NCBI GenBank assembly: GCA_027593235.1
Contig: JAQCIU010000002.1
Span: forward strand, 82,567 to 146,566
Source of the DNA: Chloroflexota bacterium
GTDB taxonomy: Bacteria; Chloroflexota; Dehalococcoidia; UBA2979
Length of the DNA: 64,000 nt
Direction of reading: 5' to 3'
Shown: positions 1 to 9,282 of the stretch, piece after piece
How positions within the stretch are numbered: the stretch's first letter is position 1
How the letters are laid out: every line of letters starts with the position of its first letter
Program-made: the position numbers and the translations under genes
The notes under the pieces: model-generated
Database searches by the model: none
What the model was told of the DNA's origin: nothing
Seen by the model: only the letters and a program-made list of their open reading frames with translations

Positions 1-90
1 GTCGCAGAGGGGGCGTCGGCACTCGGGACGGCTCCTCGCCCCGCTACTTCGATAGGCTCCGGTGCAGTGGCGGACGCGAGGGGGTGCGGG

Positions 91-2031
91 ATGACCGAGG
101 TGCTGGCGTACGGGGAGTGGCCTTCGCCGCTGGGCGCGGAGCAGGTGGCGAGCGCCGGGGTGCGGCTGCTGGCGCTGACGGCGCGGGACGGCGATCTGTA
201 CTGGGTCGAGGGGCGTCCCGCGGAGGGTGGGCGGCAGGCGATTGTGCGCCGCTCCGCCGACGGGACGGTCATCGAGGTGACGCCGTCCGACTTCAACGCG
301 CGGACGCGTGTGCACGAGTACGGGGGCGGGGAGCACTGGGTGGCCGGCGGCGCGGTGTTCGCCACAGGGTTCAACGATCAGCGGCTGTATCGGATCGACG
401 AGCCAGGAGTTGCGCGGGCGATTACCCCGGAGCCGGCGATCGCCTCGGGAGAGCGGTACGCGGACGGGGAACTGTCGGCGGACGGACGGTGGATCTACTG
501 CGTGCGGGAGCGGCACGCCGAGGGCGCGGAGGCGACGAACGAGATCGTGGTGCTGGCAGCGGATGGCTTCGATGAGCCGCGGGTGGTCGCGAGCGGGTGG
601 GACTTTGTGTCGTCGCCGCGGGTGTCGCCGGATGGGACGAGGCTGGCGTGGCTGAGCTGGGATCACCCTCGGATGCCGTGGGACGGCACGGAGTTGCGGG
701 TGGCGCCGATCCTCGAGGGCGGCGCGCTGGGCGCGGCGGAGCTGGTCTGCGGCGGTGCCGAGGAAAGCGTGGTGCAGCCGCGCTGGAGCCCGGACGGGAC
801 GCTGCATTTCATCAGTGATCGATCGGGCTGGTGGAACCTCTACCGACGCGAATCGGACGGGAGTGAGACCGCGCTGGCGCCGATGGAGGCGGAATTCGCC
901 GGGCCGGACTGGGTGTTCGGGCTGTCGGATTACGGGTTCCTCGATGACGGGACGCTGGTCTGCAAGTACGGATCCGACGAGGGGGCACGGCTGGCCGCGC
1001 TGCGGCCCGGCGGGAGCGGCCTGGAGCCGATCGCCTGCCCGTGGACCTCGATCTCCAGCCTGCAGGTGGACGGCGATCGGGTGGCGTTCCTCGGCGCTTC
1101 AGCCACGGAGGCGGCGGCGGTGATCGCGGGGCCGGCAGACGGATCGGACTGGCAGGTGCTGGCGCGAAGCCGGACGGACGAACTGGACGCCAGCTACGTG
1201 TCGGTGGCGGAGCAGATCACGTTCCCAACGACGAACGAGACGGTCGCGCATGCGCTGTTCTACGCGCCTCGGCACGCCGAGGTGAGCGGGCCGGAGGCGG
1301 AGCGGCCGCCGCTGGTGGTGATGAGCCACGGCGGTCCGACGAGCGCGACGTCCGGCGCCTACAACGCAGCGATCCAGTTCTGGACGACGCGCGGGATCGC
1401 GGTGGTGGACGTGAACTACCGAGGATCCTCGGGTTACGGGCGCCAGTACCGGCGTGGGCTGAACGGGACCTGGGGGATCATCGATACGGACGACTGCATC
1501 GCGGCGGCAAGCTACCTCGCCAGTCGCGGGGACGCGGACGGGGAGCGGCTGGCGATCCGCGGCGGGAGCGCGGGCGGGTACACAACGCTCTGTGCGCTGG
1601 CGTTCCACGACGTGTTCCAAGCGGGCGCGAGTTACTTCGGGGTCGCGGACGCGGAGACGCTGGCGACGGACACGCACAAGTTCGAATCGCGCTACCTCGA
1701 TGGGTTGATCGGGCCGTACCCGGAAGCGGCGGCGACATACCACGAACGATCGCCGATCCACTTCGCGGATCGGATCAAGGCGGCGGTGATCCTCTTCCAG
1801 GGCCTGGAGGACGAGGTGGTGCCGCCCGCGCAGGCGGAACAGATGGTGGCGGCCCTCGATGCGAGTGGGCTACCGCATTCGTACCTGGCGTTCGAGGGCG
1901 AGCAGCACGGGTTTCGTCAGGCGAAGAACATCGTGGCGACACTGGAGGCGGAGCTGTCGTTCTACGGGCAGGTGATGGGGTTCGAGCCGGTAGGGGTGGA
2001 AGCGGTGTCGATCAAGAACCTCGATCGCTAG
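91..2031 (+). CDS. S9 family (prolyl oligopeptidase / acylaminoacyl-peptidase type) serine peptidase
   Basis: ORF track 67..2031 (GTG); the in-frame ATG at 91 follows GAGGGGG. C-terminal alpha/beta-hydrolase triad context: GGSAGGYT (GxSxGG elbow), QGLEDEVVP, GEQHGF. N-terminal half has propeller-like repeats (SPDG..W motifs). Confidence 0.85.
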   Translation: MTEVLAYGEWPSPLGAEQVASAGVRLLALTARDGDLYWVEGRPAEGGRQAIVRRSADGTVIEVTPSDFNARTRVHEYGGGEHWVAGGAVFATGFNDQRLYRIDEPGVARAITPEPAIASGERYADGELSADGRWIYCVRERHAEGAEATNEIVVLAADGFDEPRVVASGWDFVSSPRVSPDGTRLAWLSWDHPRMPWDGTELRVAPILEGGALGAAELVCGGAEESVVQPRWSPDGTLHFISDRSGWWNLYRRESDGSETALAPMEAEFAGPDWVFGLSDYGFLDDGTLVCKYGSDEGARLAALRPGGSGLEPIACPWTSISSLQVDGDRVAFLGASATEAAAVIAGPADGSDWQVLARSRTDELDASYVSVAEQITFPTTNETVAHALFYAPRHAEVSGPEAERPPLVVMSHGGPTSATSGAYNAAIQFWTTRGIAVVDVNYRGSSGYGRQYRRGLNGTWGIIDTDDCIAAASYLASRGDADGERLAIRGGSAGGYTTLCALAFHDVFQAGASYFGVADAETLATDTHKFESRYLDGLIGPYPEAAATYHERSPIHFADRIKAAVILFQGLEDEVVPPAQAEQMVAALDASGLPHSYLAFEGEQHGFRQAKNIVATLEAELSFYGQVMGFEPVGVEAVSIKNLDR

Positions 2032-2171
2032 TTGGGCCTCGGCGAGAGCCAGGATTGCGTGCGTGTTACATAACGATGTGGATTCTTACAGAATCGCTAT
2101 CGCCGCTGGACAAACGGTGTAGGATCTTGAACTGTACTTAGCTTCACCGTAACTCCAGGGCAGGGGGAGAG

Positions 2172-3068
2172 GTGTTCGAACTCTTCACCGCTCCGGCCGC
2201 GCTGCGCGCGGTCACCCCGCTGCTGATCATCCTCGTGGTGGCAGGCACGACGTGGGCCGTTGGACAGAAGCGCCGCGTGCGCTTCTTGCGTGAGGCTGCG
2301 CTGATCATCGGTGCGTACTTTGCCTACTTCGGTGTGCGCGCGATCAGCGAGGGCAGCTCCTCGATCGCGCTGCACAACGCGCGGTTTCTGATCGCGCTGG
2401 AGAAGCGGGCCGGGCTGTTCATCGAGCCGAGCGTTCAGGGCGTGCTGTTGAGCAGCCAGGCATTCATCGACATCGTGAACTGGATCTACGTCTGGGGTCA
2501 CTGGCCGGTGATTGGCGCGGTGGCGATCTGGCTGTTCGCGCGGAAGCCGAACGCCTACCGGACCTACCGAAACGCGCTGCTGATCTCCGGTGGCATTGGG
2601 TTGATCTTCTACGTCAGCTTCCCGGCGGCGCCTCCGCGGTTCACGAACCTTGGGCTCGTCGATACGGTGTTTAGCCAGTCCACTATGGCGCAATTGATGC
2701 AGCCAACCAGTTTCACGAATCAGTATGCGGCGTTCCCCAGCCTCCACTTTGGCTGGAGTTTGCTGATGGCAACGGCGATCTTCCGCGAGGCGAAACGGCA
2801 ACCGGTACGGGTCGTGGCGTGGCTGCTGCCGCTGGGAATGCTCGTGTCGATCGTGGCAACCGCGAATCACTTCGTGGTCGACGCGCTGGCCGGCGGGATC
2901 GTGGCGTTGGTCGGGCTGCGCGCGGCGCTGATGCTTGAGCGCCCAGGCGCCTTCTCCTGGCTGCACTGGCCGGTGCCGGCTGCCTCGATGCCGGTGGCGC
3001 TGCAGACGGAGCAGAACCACGCAGTGGCGGCGGTCGACGAGGTCGGCGCGCTCGACATCCCCGCCTAG
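2172..3068 (+). CDS. PAP2-superfamily integral membrane protein (phosphatase/phosphotransferase-like)
   Basis: GTG start preceded by GGGGGAGAG. Multiple hydrophobic segments. PAP2-like motifs PSLHFGWS and ANHFVVDALAGG near the C-terminus. Confidence 0.6.
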   Translation: MFELFTAPAALRAVTPLLIILVVAGTTWAVGQKRRVRFLREAALIIGAYFAYFGVRAISEGSSSIALHNARFLIALEKRAGLFIEPSVQGVLLSSQAFIDIVNWIYVWGHWPVIGAVAIWLFARKPNAYRTYRNALLISGGIGLIFYVSFPAAPPRFTNLGLVDTVFSQSTMAQLMQPTSFTNQYAAFPSLHFGWSLLMATAIFREAKRQPVRVVAWLLPLGMLVSIVATANHFVVDALAGGIVALVGLRAALMLERPGAFSWLHWPVPAASMPVALQTEQNHAVAAVDEVGALDIPA

Positions 3069-3105
3069 GGGGTCTTCGACCCCTGTTCTGACCCTTCGGG
3101 TTCGT

Positions 3106-3282
3106 TTAACGGTCTGCTGGCGACGGCAGGCCGAAGTGTTCGTGCGCGCGCGTGGCTGCGGTCGCGGGGTCGAGCTGCGTGTTGTCGATCCTCAGGTGGT
3201 GTTTGGGCCAGGGGAACGGGTGTTCCCTGGTCGAATTGACGGCCGGCGGTCCGACGATGGCGACGAGCCAGGGGCTATTCAT
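3106..3282 (-). pseudogene. Possible remnant of a P-loop kinase/AAA-type gene (58 codons)
   Basis: Own translation of the minus strand: MNSPWLVAIVGPPAVNSTREHPFPWPKHHLRIDNTQLDPATAATRAHEHFGLPSPADR. GPPAVNST looks like a decayed GPPGSGKST Walker A. The tail resembles the C-terminus of small kinases. It lies in an otherwise empty 306-bp gap and is too short for an intact enzyme. Confidence 0.2.
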
Positions 3283-3374
3283 CGATTTCGTTCCTTACGC
3301 CGGGGACACAGACTATCGATCCTGAACGCAAGATCGATCGCTCGCTAAGCTGGGCCTGAAGCGCCGGGAGTGCG

Positions 3375-4154
3375 ATGCGGATTTCGACGTGGAATGTGAA
3401 TTCGATTCGGACGCGGGAGGACCGCGTGTTGTTGTGGCTCGACGAGCACGAGCCGGATGTGTTGTGCATGCAAGAGACGAAGGTCGTGGATGACGACTTT
3501 CCTCGGGAGGGGTTTGAGGCGCGGGGTTACGAGCTGTCGATCTTCGGACAGCGGACCTACAACGGGGTGGCGATCGCCTCGAGGTTGCCGATCACAGATG
3601 TGGCGCTGGGGTTGCCGCTCGACGGGGACGAGGAGGCGCGCGGGATCGCGGCGACGATAGGCGGAGTGCGGATCGTCGATCTCTACGTGCCGAACGGGCG
3701 GAAGCTGGGGACGGACAAGTTCGAGTACAAGCTCGCCTGGCTGGACGCGATGGCGCGATGGCTGGGGGAGCGATGTGACCCGGCGGAGCCGCTAGCAGTG
3801 GTGGGGGACTTCAACATCGCGCCGGACGATCGGGACCTTCACGATCCGGCCGCCTGGGCGGGCGGGGTGATGTGCAGCGACGCGGAGCGTGCGCGGCTGC
3901 AGGCGCTGCTGAACTGGGGGCTGTTCGACTCGCTGCGCGAGGTGACCGAGGAGGCTGGGGTGTTCACGTGGTGGGACTATCGAGGTGGAGCGTTCCGCTT
4001 CAACCAGGGGCTGCGCATCGATCTTGCGCTGGTCACGGAGCCGCTGCGCGCGCGAATCGAGTCGGTGACGTGCAGCCGGGACGATCGCAAGGTACGGGCG
4101 GGCGTGGAGAAGCCGTCCGATCACGTCCCGGTGACGCTGGAGCTACGCGACTGA
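3375..4154 (+). CDS. xthA: Exodeoxyribonuclease III (AP endonuclease, EEP fold)
   Basis: MRISTWNVNSIRTR start, CMQETK, VGDFNIAPDD, WWDYRG, PSDHVPV. Collinear with the Xth family. RBS GGGAG upstream of the ATG. Confidence 0.9.
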   Translation: MRISTWNVNSIRTREDRVLLWLDEHEPDVLCMQETKVVDDDFPREGFEARGYELSIFGQRTYNGVAIASRLPITDVALGLPLDGDEEARGIAATIGGVRIVDLYVPNGRKLGTDKFEYKLAWLDAMARWLGERCDPAEPLAVVGDFNIAPDDRDLHDPAAWAGGVMCSDAERARLQALLNWGLFDSLREVTEEAGVFTWWDYRGGAFRFNQGLRIDLALVTEPLRARIESVTCSRDDRKVRAGVEKPSDHVPVTLELRD

Positions 4155-4205
4155 CGCTGGGTATACGACGCGGAATTGTCGAAACGGTGGATGAAGGGGT
4201 AGCGG

Positions 4206-4985
4206 GTGACCGACGACTACAGCTCGATGATGGAGCGGCTCGTTGAGCTGGCGGTGCGCGCTGGCGAGGAGATCCTGGAGGTGTACGCGCAGGATTTCGA
4301 GGTGCTGTCGAAGGCGGACGAGTCGCCGGTGACCGCCGCCGATGAGCGGGCGGAGCGAGTGATCCTCGACGGCCTCGCGGAGATCGCGCCGGGGGTTCCC
4401 GTGGTGGCGGAGGAGAGCGTGGCGGCGGGGCATGTGCCGGACGTGTCCGGCGGCCGCTTCTTCCTGGTGGATCCACTGGATGGGACGAAGCAGTTCATCG
4501 AGCGAAACGGGCAGTTCACGGTGAACATCGCACTGATCGAGGATGGCGTGCCGCTGTTGGGGGTGGTGCACCTGCCGGCCCTGGCGGAGACGTACTGGAC
4601 CGACGGGCGCGGTGGGGCCCGCCGTCGCGTCGGTGGCCGTGCCGCTGAGTCGATCCATTGCCGAGCGCCGGAAGCGGGTGGACTGGTGGTGATGGCCAGC
4701 CGATCGCACCGGAACCAGGAGACCGAGGACTACCTGGCGACGCTGCCGATCAAGGAACTGGATGCGTCAGGATCGTCGTTGAAGTTCTGTCGAGTCGCCG
4801 AGGGGGCGGCGGATCTGTATCCGCGGCTGGGGCGGACGATGGAGTGGGACGTCGCGGCCGGGCATGCGGTGCTGGCGGCTGCCGGTGGGTCGATGACGAC
4901 GTTCGATGGCGGGGTGTTCGGCTACGGGAAGCCGGGGTTCGAGAACCCGCATTTCATTGCTCGCGGGCTTGCCGCCGTCGAGTAG
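4206..4985 (+). CDS. cysQ: 3'(2'),5'-bisphosphate nucleotidase / inositol monophosphatase family (CysQ-like)
   Basis: IMPase-family motifs: AEE, FLVDPLDGTKQF, EWDVAAGHAVL. Length 259 aa. Confidence 0.75.
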   Translation: MTDDYSSMMERLVELAVRAGEEILEVYAQDFEVLSKADESPVTAADERAERVILDGLAEIAPGVPVVAEESVAAGHVPDVSGGRFFLVDPLDGTKQFIERNGQFTVNIALIEDGVPLLGVVHLPALAETYWTDGRGGARRRVGGRAAESIHCRAPEAGGLVVMASRSHRNQETEDYLATLPIKELDASGSSLKFCRVAEGAADLYPRLGRTMEWDVAAGHAVLAAAGGSMTTFDGGVFGYGKPGFENPHFIARGLAAVE

Positions 4986-5097
4986 CGTCGGGTTCTGGAA
5001 AACCTCCACCCGCTGACGTCGATGGCGCGCGGGTTGGGTCCCCCGTCTCCCCTCCGCGATACCCAAGTCCCGTCTCGTTGGTCGTCCGCTGGGCGCG

Positions 5098-5460
5098 TTA
5101 GTCGAAGATGACCTCGACGAGGGGGGCGCCGTCGACCCAGGCGTCGAGCGGCGGCTGGTCGGCGTTGAGGCCGGCGACGATCGGCGCGAGCAGCTGGCGG
5201 CGTTCGGTTTCGTCGAGGATCGGGCGTGAGGTCGCCGAGAGATCGGCGTGGTGGCTGCCTTTGAGGTGGAAGGTGAACCGCGGCTGCGCGCGCAAGTTGG
5301 CGTACCAGGAGCGGCGACCGGGCCGTCCGGTGATGAAGGTGCGGCCTTCGAGGTGGTGGAACCAGATCTCGATACGCCGTGGGTCGCCGGACGTGCGGCC
5401 AGTGGTGGTGATGTCGATGACCTTGTCGGTCTGGAGGGCGGCGGCGGCGGCGGTGTCCAT
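5098..5460 (-). CDS. Deazaflavin (F420)-dependent nitroreductase-family protein (DUF385 type)
   Basis: 120 aa; TTTGRTSGDPRRIEIWFHHLEGRTFITG...SWYANLRAQPRFTFHLKG is the typical DUF385/split-barrel pattern. Confidence 0.75.
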   Translation of the reverse strand: MDTAAAAALQTDKVIDITTTGRTSGDPRRIEIWFHHLEGRTFITGRPGRRSWYANLRAQPRFTFHLKGSHHADLSATSRPILDETERRQLLAPIVAGLNADQPPLDAWVDGAPLVEVIFD

Positions 5461-5658
5461 GGCTTCTCCTCGATCGCGGGTCGTGCCGCGCGTTGTTTCG
5501 TGGCGACGCGGCCAGATGAGGTGCGCAGGGTAGTGGTTTCCCCGCGGTCGGGGCCCGTCCGAATGGGCGGTCGATGGTGCTGCTGACCCTGATTCGGTGC
5601 CGAGCGGGGCTCTCTACACTCGCCTGATAGGCGTCCGCCTCGTGCGGAAGGGTGTGTC

Positions 5659-7008
5659 GTGAAGATTCCCGAGGTGCTGCGGATCGAGGTCGTGCATCGC
5701 GCCGGCAGCCTGGCGCGCGTGCTGGGCGTGGTTGCCGAAGCAGGACTGCTGGTTGAGGACCTCGTCGCCGTGGAGCGCGGTCCCGGCTGCACGATCTGGG
5801 AGCTGACAACGGAGCTGGACGAGGGCTTCGATCTGGCGCGCCTGGAGAAGATCAACGAGCTGCCAATCGCACGGCTGCTGGGCACCTCGGATCGGGTGTT
5901 CGCGCTGCATGAGGGTGGGAAGATCGAGACCCGTTCGCGGATGCCGATCGCGACGGATCAGCTCTTGCGTGACATCTACACGCCGGGCGTGGCGCGGGTC
6001 TGCCTCGCGATTCGCGACGACCCCTCGTTGCAGCGGGCGTACACGCGGATCGGGAACTCGGTCGCGATCGTGACGGATGGGACCGCGGTGCTCGGCCTGG
6101 GGAACATCGGGCCGGTTGCCGGGATGCCGGTGATGGAGGGCAAGGCCGCGCTCTTTCACGAGCTGGCCGGTATCTCGGGCACGCCGATCCTGCTGCAGCC
6201 CGGGAGCCCCGAGGAGCTGGTGGAGACGATCGTGCGGATCTCCCCGACCTTCGGCGCGATCCAGCTCGAGGATATCGGTGCGCCGGCCTGCTTCGAGATC
6301 GAGCGCGCGCTGGTGGAGCGGCTCGACCGGCCGGTGTTGCACGACGATCAGCACGGAACGGCGGTGGTGGCGCTGGCGGCGTTGCTGACCGCGACGCGCC
6401 GATTCGGCATCGATCTGAGCGAGTGCACGGTTGGGCAGGTAGGGCTGGGCGCCGCCGGGATCGGGATCGCGCGGCTGCTGTTGCATCGCGGAATCAGCCA
6501 CCTGATTGGCTCTGATCTGCGGCCGGAGGCGATCGAGCTGTTCAGCGGCTTTGGCGGGCAGCCGGCGGACCTCGAGAGCGTGATGGCGAAGTCGGAGATC
6601 GTGATCGCGACCACCGGTGTGCGCGGGCTGATTCGCCCTGAACTGGTCCGCGAGGGCAAGCTCATCCTGGCGCTGACGAACCCCGATCCCGAGATCGAGC
6701 CGGCGGTCGCCCTCGAGCGTGGGGCGCGCTACGCCGCCGACGGGAAGTCGGTGAACAACGTCCTTGGCTTCCCGGGGCTGTTCCGAGGCGCGCTCGACGC
6801 GCAGGCGCGCGCGTTCTCGATGGAGATGCTCGACGCCGCGGCGAACCGCCTGTCCGAGCTGGCGACTGGCGAGCACCTGGTGCCGTCGCCACTCGATCGA
6901 TCAGTGCACTCGCAGGTCGCCGAGGCGGTAGCCGAGGCCGCGCGCGGTGAGGTGCAGACCCCGCTGTACGAGGGATTGTCCTCGGAACGGGCGGAAGCGG
7001 CCGCTTAG
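5659..7008 (+). CDS. NAD(P)-dependent malic enzyme with an N-terminal ACT-like extension
   Basis: [21 protein letters not shown], Rossmann motif [13 protein letters not shown] and [15 protein letters not shown] are malic-enzyme signatures. The first ~75 aa ([29 protein letters not shown]...) look like an ACT fold. Confidence 0.85.
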   Translation: MKIPEVLRIEVVHRAGSLARVLGVVAEAGLLVEDLVAVERGPGCTIWELTTELDEGFDLARLEKINELPIARLLGTSDRVFALHEGGKIETRSRMPIATDQLLRDIYTPGVARVCLAIRDDPSLQRAYTRIGNSVAIVTDGTAVLGLGNIGPVAGMPVMEGKAALFHELAGISGTPILLQPGSPEELVETIVRISPTFGAIQLEDIGAPACFEIERALVERLDRPVLHDDQHGTAVVALAALLTATRRFGIDLSECTVGQVGLGAAGIGIARLLLHRGISHLIGSDLRPEAIELFSGFGGQPADLESVMAKSEIVIATTGVRGLIRPELVREGKLILALTNPDPEIEPAVALERGARYAADGKSVNNVLGFPGLFRGALDAQARAFSMEMLDAAANRLSELATGEHLVPSPLDRSVHSQVAEAVAEAARGEVQTPLYEGLSSERAEAAA

Positions 7009-7475
7009 TCGCGCGCGATCGAGGCGACGACGGCCTCGGTCAGTGTGGCGAGGTCGGCGGGTGCCAGCACGATCTCGAGGCCACGCCGTCCGGCGCTGAC
7101 GTAGATCGTTTCGTGGTCGTTCGCTGAAGCGTCGAGCGCGGTCGCCAGGCGACGCTTCTGGCCGAGCGGGCTGATGCCGCCCACGACATAACCGGTGGAG
7201 CGTTCGGCCTCGGCGGGTGGTGCCATCTCGGCGCGCCGCGCACCGAGGGCACGCGCGAGCGCCTTCAGGTCGAGCTGCCGGTCAACGGGGACGATCGCGG
7301 TGGCCAGTCGCTGACCGTCCAGCTTCGCGACGAGTGTCTTGAAGACGCGTCCAGGCGCGATGCCGAGCACCTCGGCGGCTTCGAGGCCGTAGGCCGCGGC
7401 GCGCGGGTCGTGATCGTAGGTGGCGATCTCGTAGGGGATGCCAGCGGCGCGAGCGGCGTCGACGCCGGGGGTCAT
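7005..7475 (-). CDS. ybaK: Cys-tRNA(Pro)/aminoacyl-tRNA deacylase, YbaK/EbsC family
   Basis: MTPGVDAARAAGIPYEIATYDHD... and YVVGGISPLGQKRRL match the YbaK pattern. The ATG at 7475 gives the typical ~156 aa. The ORF track extends to a GTG at 7535. The 3' end overlaps the malic enzyme stop by 4 nt (convergent). Confidence 0.75.
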   Translation of the reverse strand: MTPGVDAARAAGIPYEIATYDHDPRAAAYGLEAAEVLGIAPGRVFKTLVAKLDGQRLATAIVPVDRQLDLKALARALGARRAEMAPPAEAERSTGYVVGGISPLGQKRRLATALDASANDHETIYVSAGRRGLEIVLAPADLATLTEAVVASIARD

Positions 7476-7571
7476 GGATCGCGATGCGCGTGCGGCCATG
7501 GGGGCGATGGTAGTGGCCGGGCGGATCGGGGTCACGACTTACTGATATCAGGACGGATGTTCTTGTAAATC

Positions 7572-7585
7572 AGAACGTGTGTTCT
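7572..7585. promoter_or_regulatory. Putative LexA operator (Cheo-type SOS box AGAAC-N4-GTTCT)
   Basis: Perfect palindrome agaacgtgtgttct read directly from the sequence. It lies in the AT-richer divergent ybaK/imuB intergenic region, ~36 nt upstream of the imuB ATG (7622). Confidence 0.6.
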
Positions 7586-7621
7586 ATATGATGACGGTCG
7601 CCTCTTGGCGGGGGTGTCCAA

Positions 7622-8935
7622 ATGTCGATCGCCTGTCTCCTCGTTCCATCGCTTGCCCTCACCTGTGAGCTCGTCGAGCGCCCGCAACTGGTCGGTCGCG
7701 CGGTCGCGCTCGCTGACGAGGCGGGCCTGCGCGTGTTCGAAACCACGCCACAGGCGATGCAACGAGGCGTGCGCGTAGGGATGACGCTGCGCGAGGCGGT
7801 CGCGCTGTGCCCGGCGCTCGCAGTCCTCGAACAGCGCCCGGCGCGCATCGTGCAGGCGGCCGAACGGCTGATCGAGGCGGTCGGGCAGGTGAGCCCGCTG
7901 GTCGAAGAGGTCGAGCCGGGCGTCGTGCTTGCCGACCTCGTTGGTCTCGAAGGGCTGTACCCGGACACCGCGCGACTGGCGGAGGCGCTGCTGAAGTGGG
8001 CGCCTCGGGAGCTACGCCCGCGGCTCGGCATTGCCGAGGAGCGCTTCACGGCGATCGCGGCGGCGTATGCCGTCGAGTTGGAGCGCGCGCCGGACGTAGC
8101 GAAGCTGGGGCCGGGACTGTCTGCCCGCGGTGTCTTTGACATGACGCCGCCAACCGTAGGAGCGACAGCGCGTGTCGCCGTCCTCGATGCCCCGGCCCGC
8201 GAGGCACCGCGCTGGATCCGCGTCCCCCGAGGCGAGAGCGCCGCATTCCTCGCGGATCGTCCGGCGCGGCTGTTGCCGCTCGAACTGGCGGCGCTGGCGC
8301 AGCTCGCGCTGTTCGGCGTGCGTACCGTCGGCGAGTTCGCGGCGCTGCCGAGGCATGCCGTGGCGGCGCAGTTCGGGACGGCGGGCGATCGCGCCTGGCT
8401 TGCCGCTACCGGCACGGATCCGACGCCGGTGCGACCGCGGCCGTTCGCGGGGGAGCGGGTGATCGAACAGAGCCAGGCGGAGCCGCCGCTGGTCAGCCGC
8501 GAGTCGATGGCGCTGCACGCCCGCCAGCTGCTGCATCGGGCGATGCGCCAACCTCGGGCGTCACGCCGGTTCGTGCGCTTCGTGCGGCTGCGCGCGGTGA
8601 CGGACGACGACCGGCTCTGGGAGAAGACGCAGACGCTGCGTGAGCCGACGGGCGACCGCGACCGGTTGCTGATCGTGCTGCACACGTTCATCGAGTACTC
8701 GGAGTTCCCGGGGCCGATCGCGCACCTGGAGCTGGCGCTGGGTGGGCTGACCTCGGAACAGGGGCGGCAGGGCGGGCTGTTCCTCGATCACGCGCGCCGG
8801 CGCGAACAACTGGACGAGATGGTGCGGCAACTGAAGGTGCGCTTCGGCCGCTCGCCGATGACGCAGGTCGTGGAGGTGGAACCGTGGAGTCGACTCCCCG
8901 AACGCCGGTTCGCGCTCATGGACTACGACCCCTAG
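7622..8935 (+). CDS. imuB: ImuB-like inactive Y-family DNA polymerase homologue (mutasome subunit)
   Basis: Y-family-like architecture, but the N-terminus MSIACLLVPSLALTCE lacks the catalytic acidic residues. It sits directly upstream of dnaE2 and behind a LexA box. At 437 aa it is shorter than typical ImuB. Confidence 0.75.
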   Translation: MSIACLLVPSLALTCELVERPQLVGRAVALADEAGLRVFETTPQAMQRGVRVGMTLREAVALCPALAVLEQRPARIVQAAERLIEAVGQVSPLVEEVEPGVVLADLVGLEGLYPDTARLAEALLKWAPRELRPRLGIAEERFTAIAAAYAVELERAPDVAKLGPGLSARGVFDMTPPTVGATARVAVLDAPAREAPRWIRVPRGESAAFLADRPARLLPLELAALAQLALFGVRTVGEFAALPRHAVAAQFGTAGDRAWLAATGTDPTPVRPRPFAGERVIEQSQAEPPLVSRESMALHARQLLHRAMRQPRASRRFVRFVRLRAVTDDDRLWEKTQTLREPTGDRDRLLIVLHTFIEYSEFPGPIAHLELALGGLTSEQGRQGGLFLDHARRREQLDEMVRQLKVRFGRSPMTQVVEVEPWSRLPERRFALMDYDP

Positions 8936-8961
8936 GCCTCCCGCGTCCGGTCCGTGTCGAG

Positions 8962-9240
8962 GTGAACGCGCGCGGGATGCCGCAGCGGATCGATCTCGGG
9001 ATCGCCGTCGGCCCTCGGGGTAAGCGGCGCGTCGCGCGCGACGCGCGCTGGATCGCGGTGCTCGACGTGGCCGAGGTGTGGCGTATCGGCGAGGAGTGGT
9101 GGCGCGAGCAGCCGATCCGGCGGACCTACTTCCACGTGGTGGTCGAGGGTGGTCGAGGCGTAACGGTCTTTCGCGACGAACTGGCAGTAGCGCTCGGCGG
9201 TCACGAAGCAGGCGGAGGCTGGTTTGAACAGCACTACTAA
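8962..9240 (+). CDS. Small ORF resembling the ImuB C-terminal module (start uncertain: GTG 8962 or ATG 8977; ORF track 8884..9240)
   Basis: Contains ...VLDVAEVWRIGEEWWREQPIRRTYFHVVVEGGRGVTVFRD...GGWFEQHY. This is the W-x-WW / R-x-YF / W-F pattern I associate with the C-terminal end of full-length ImuB. It is in a different frame from imuB and overlaps its last 52 nt at ORF level. Confidence 0.5.
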   Translation: MNARGMPQRIDLGIAVGPRGKRRVARDARWIAVLDVAEVWRIGEEWWREQPIRRTYFHVVVEGGRGVTVFRDELAVALGGHEAGGGWFEQHY

Positions 9241-9282
9241 GGCCTTCGGCCTCGGTGTGACGCTTCGCGCCTGGTTGCTGGG

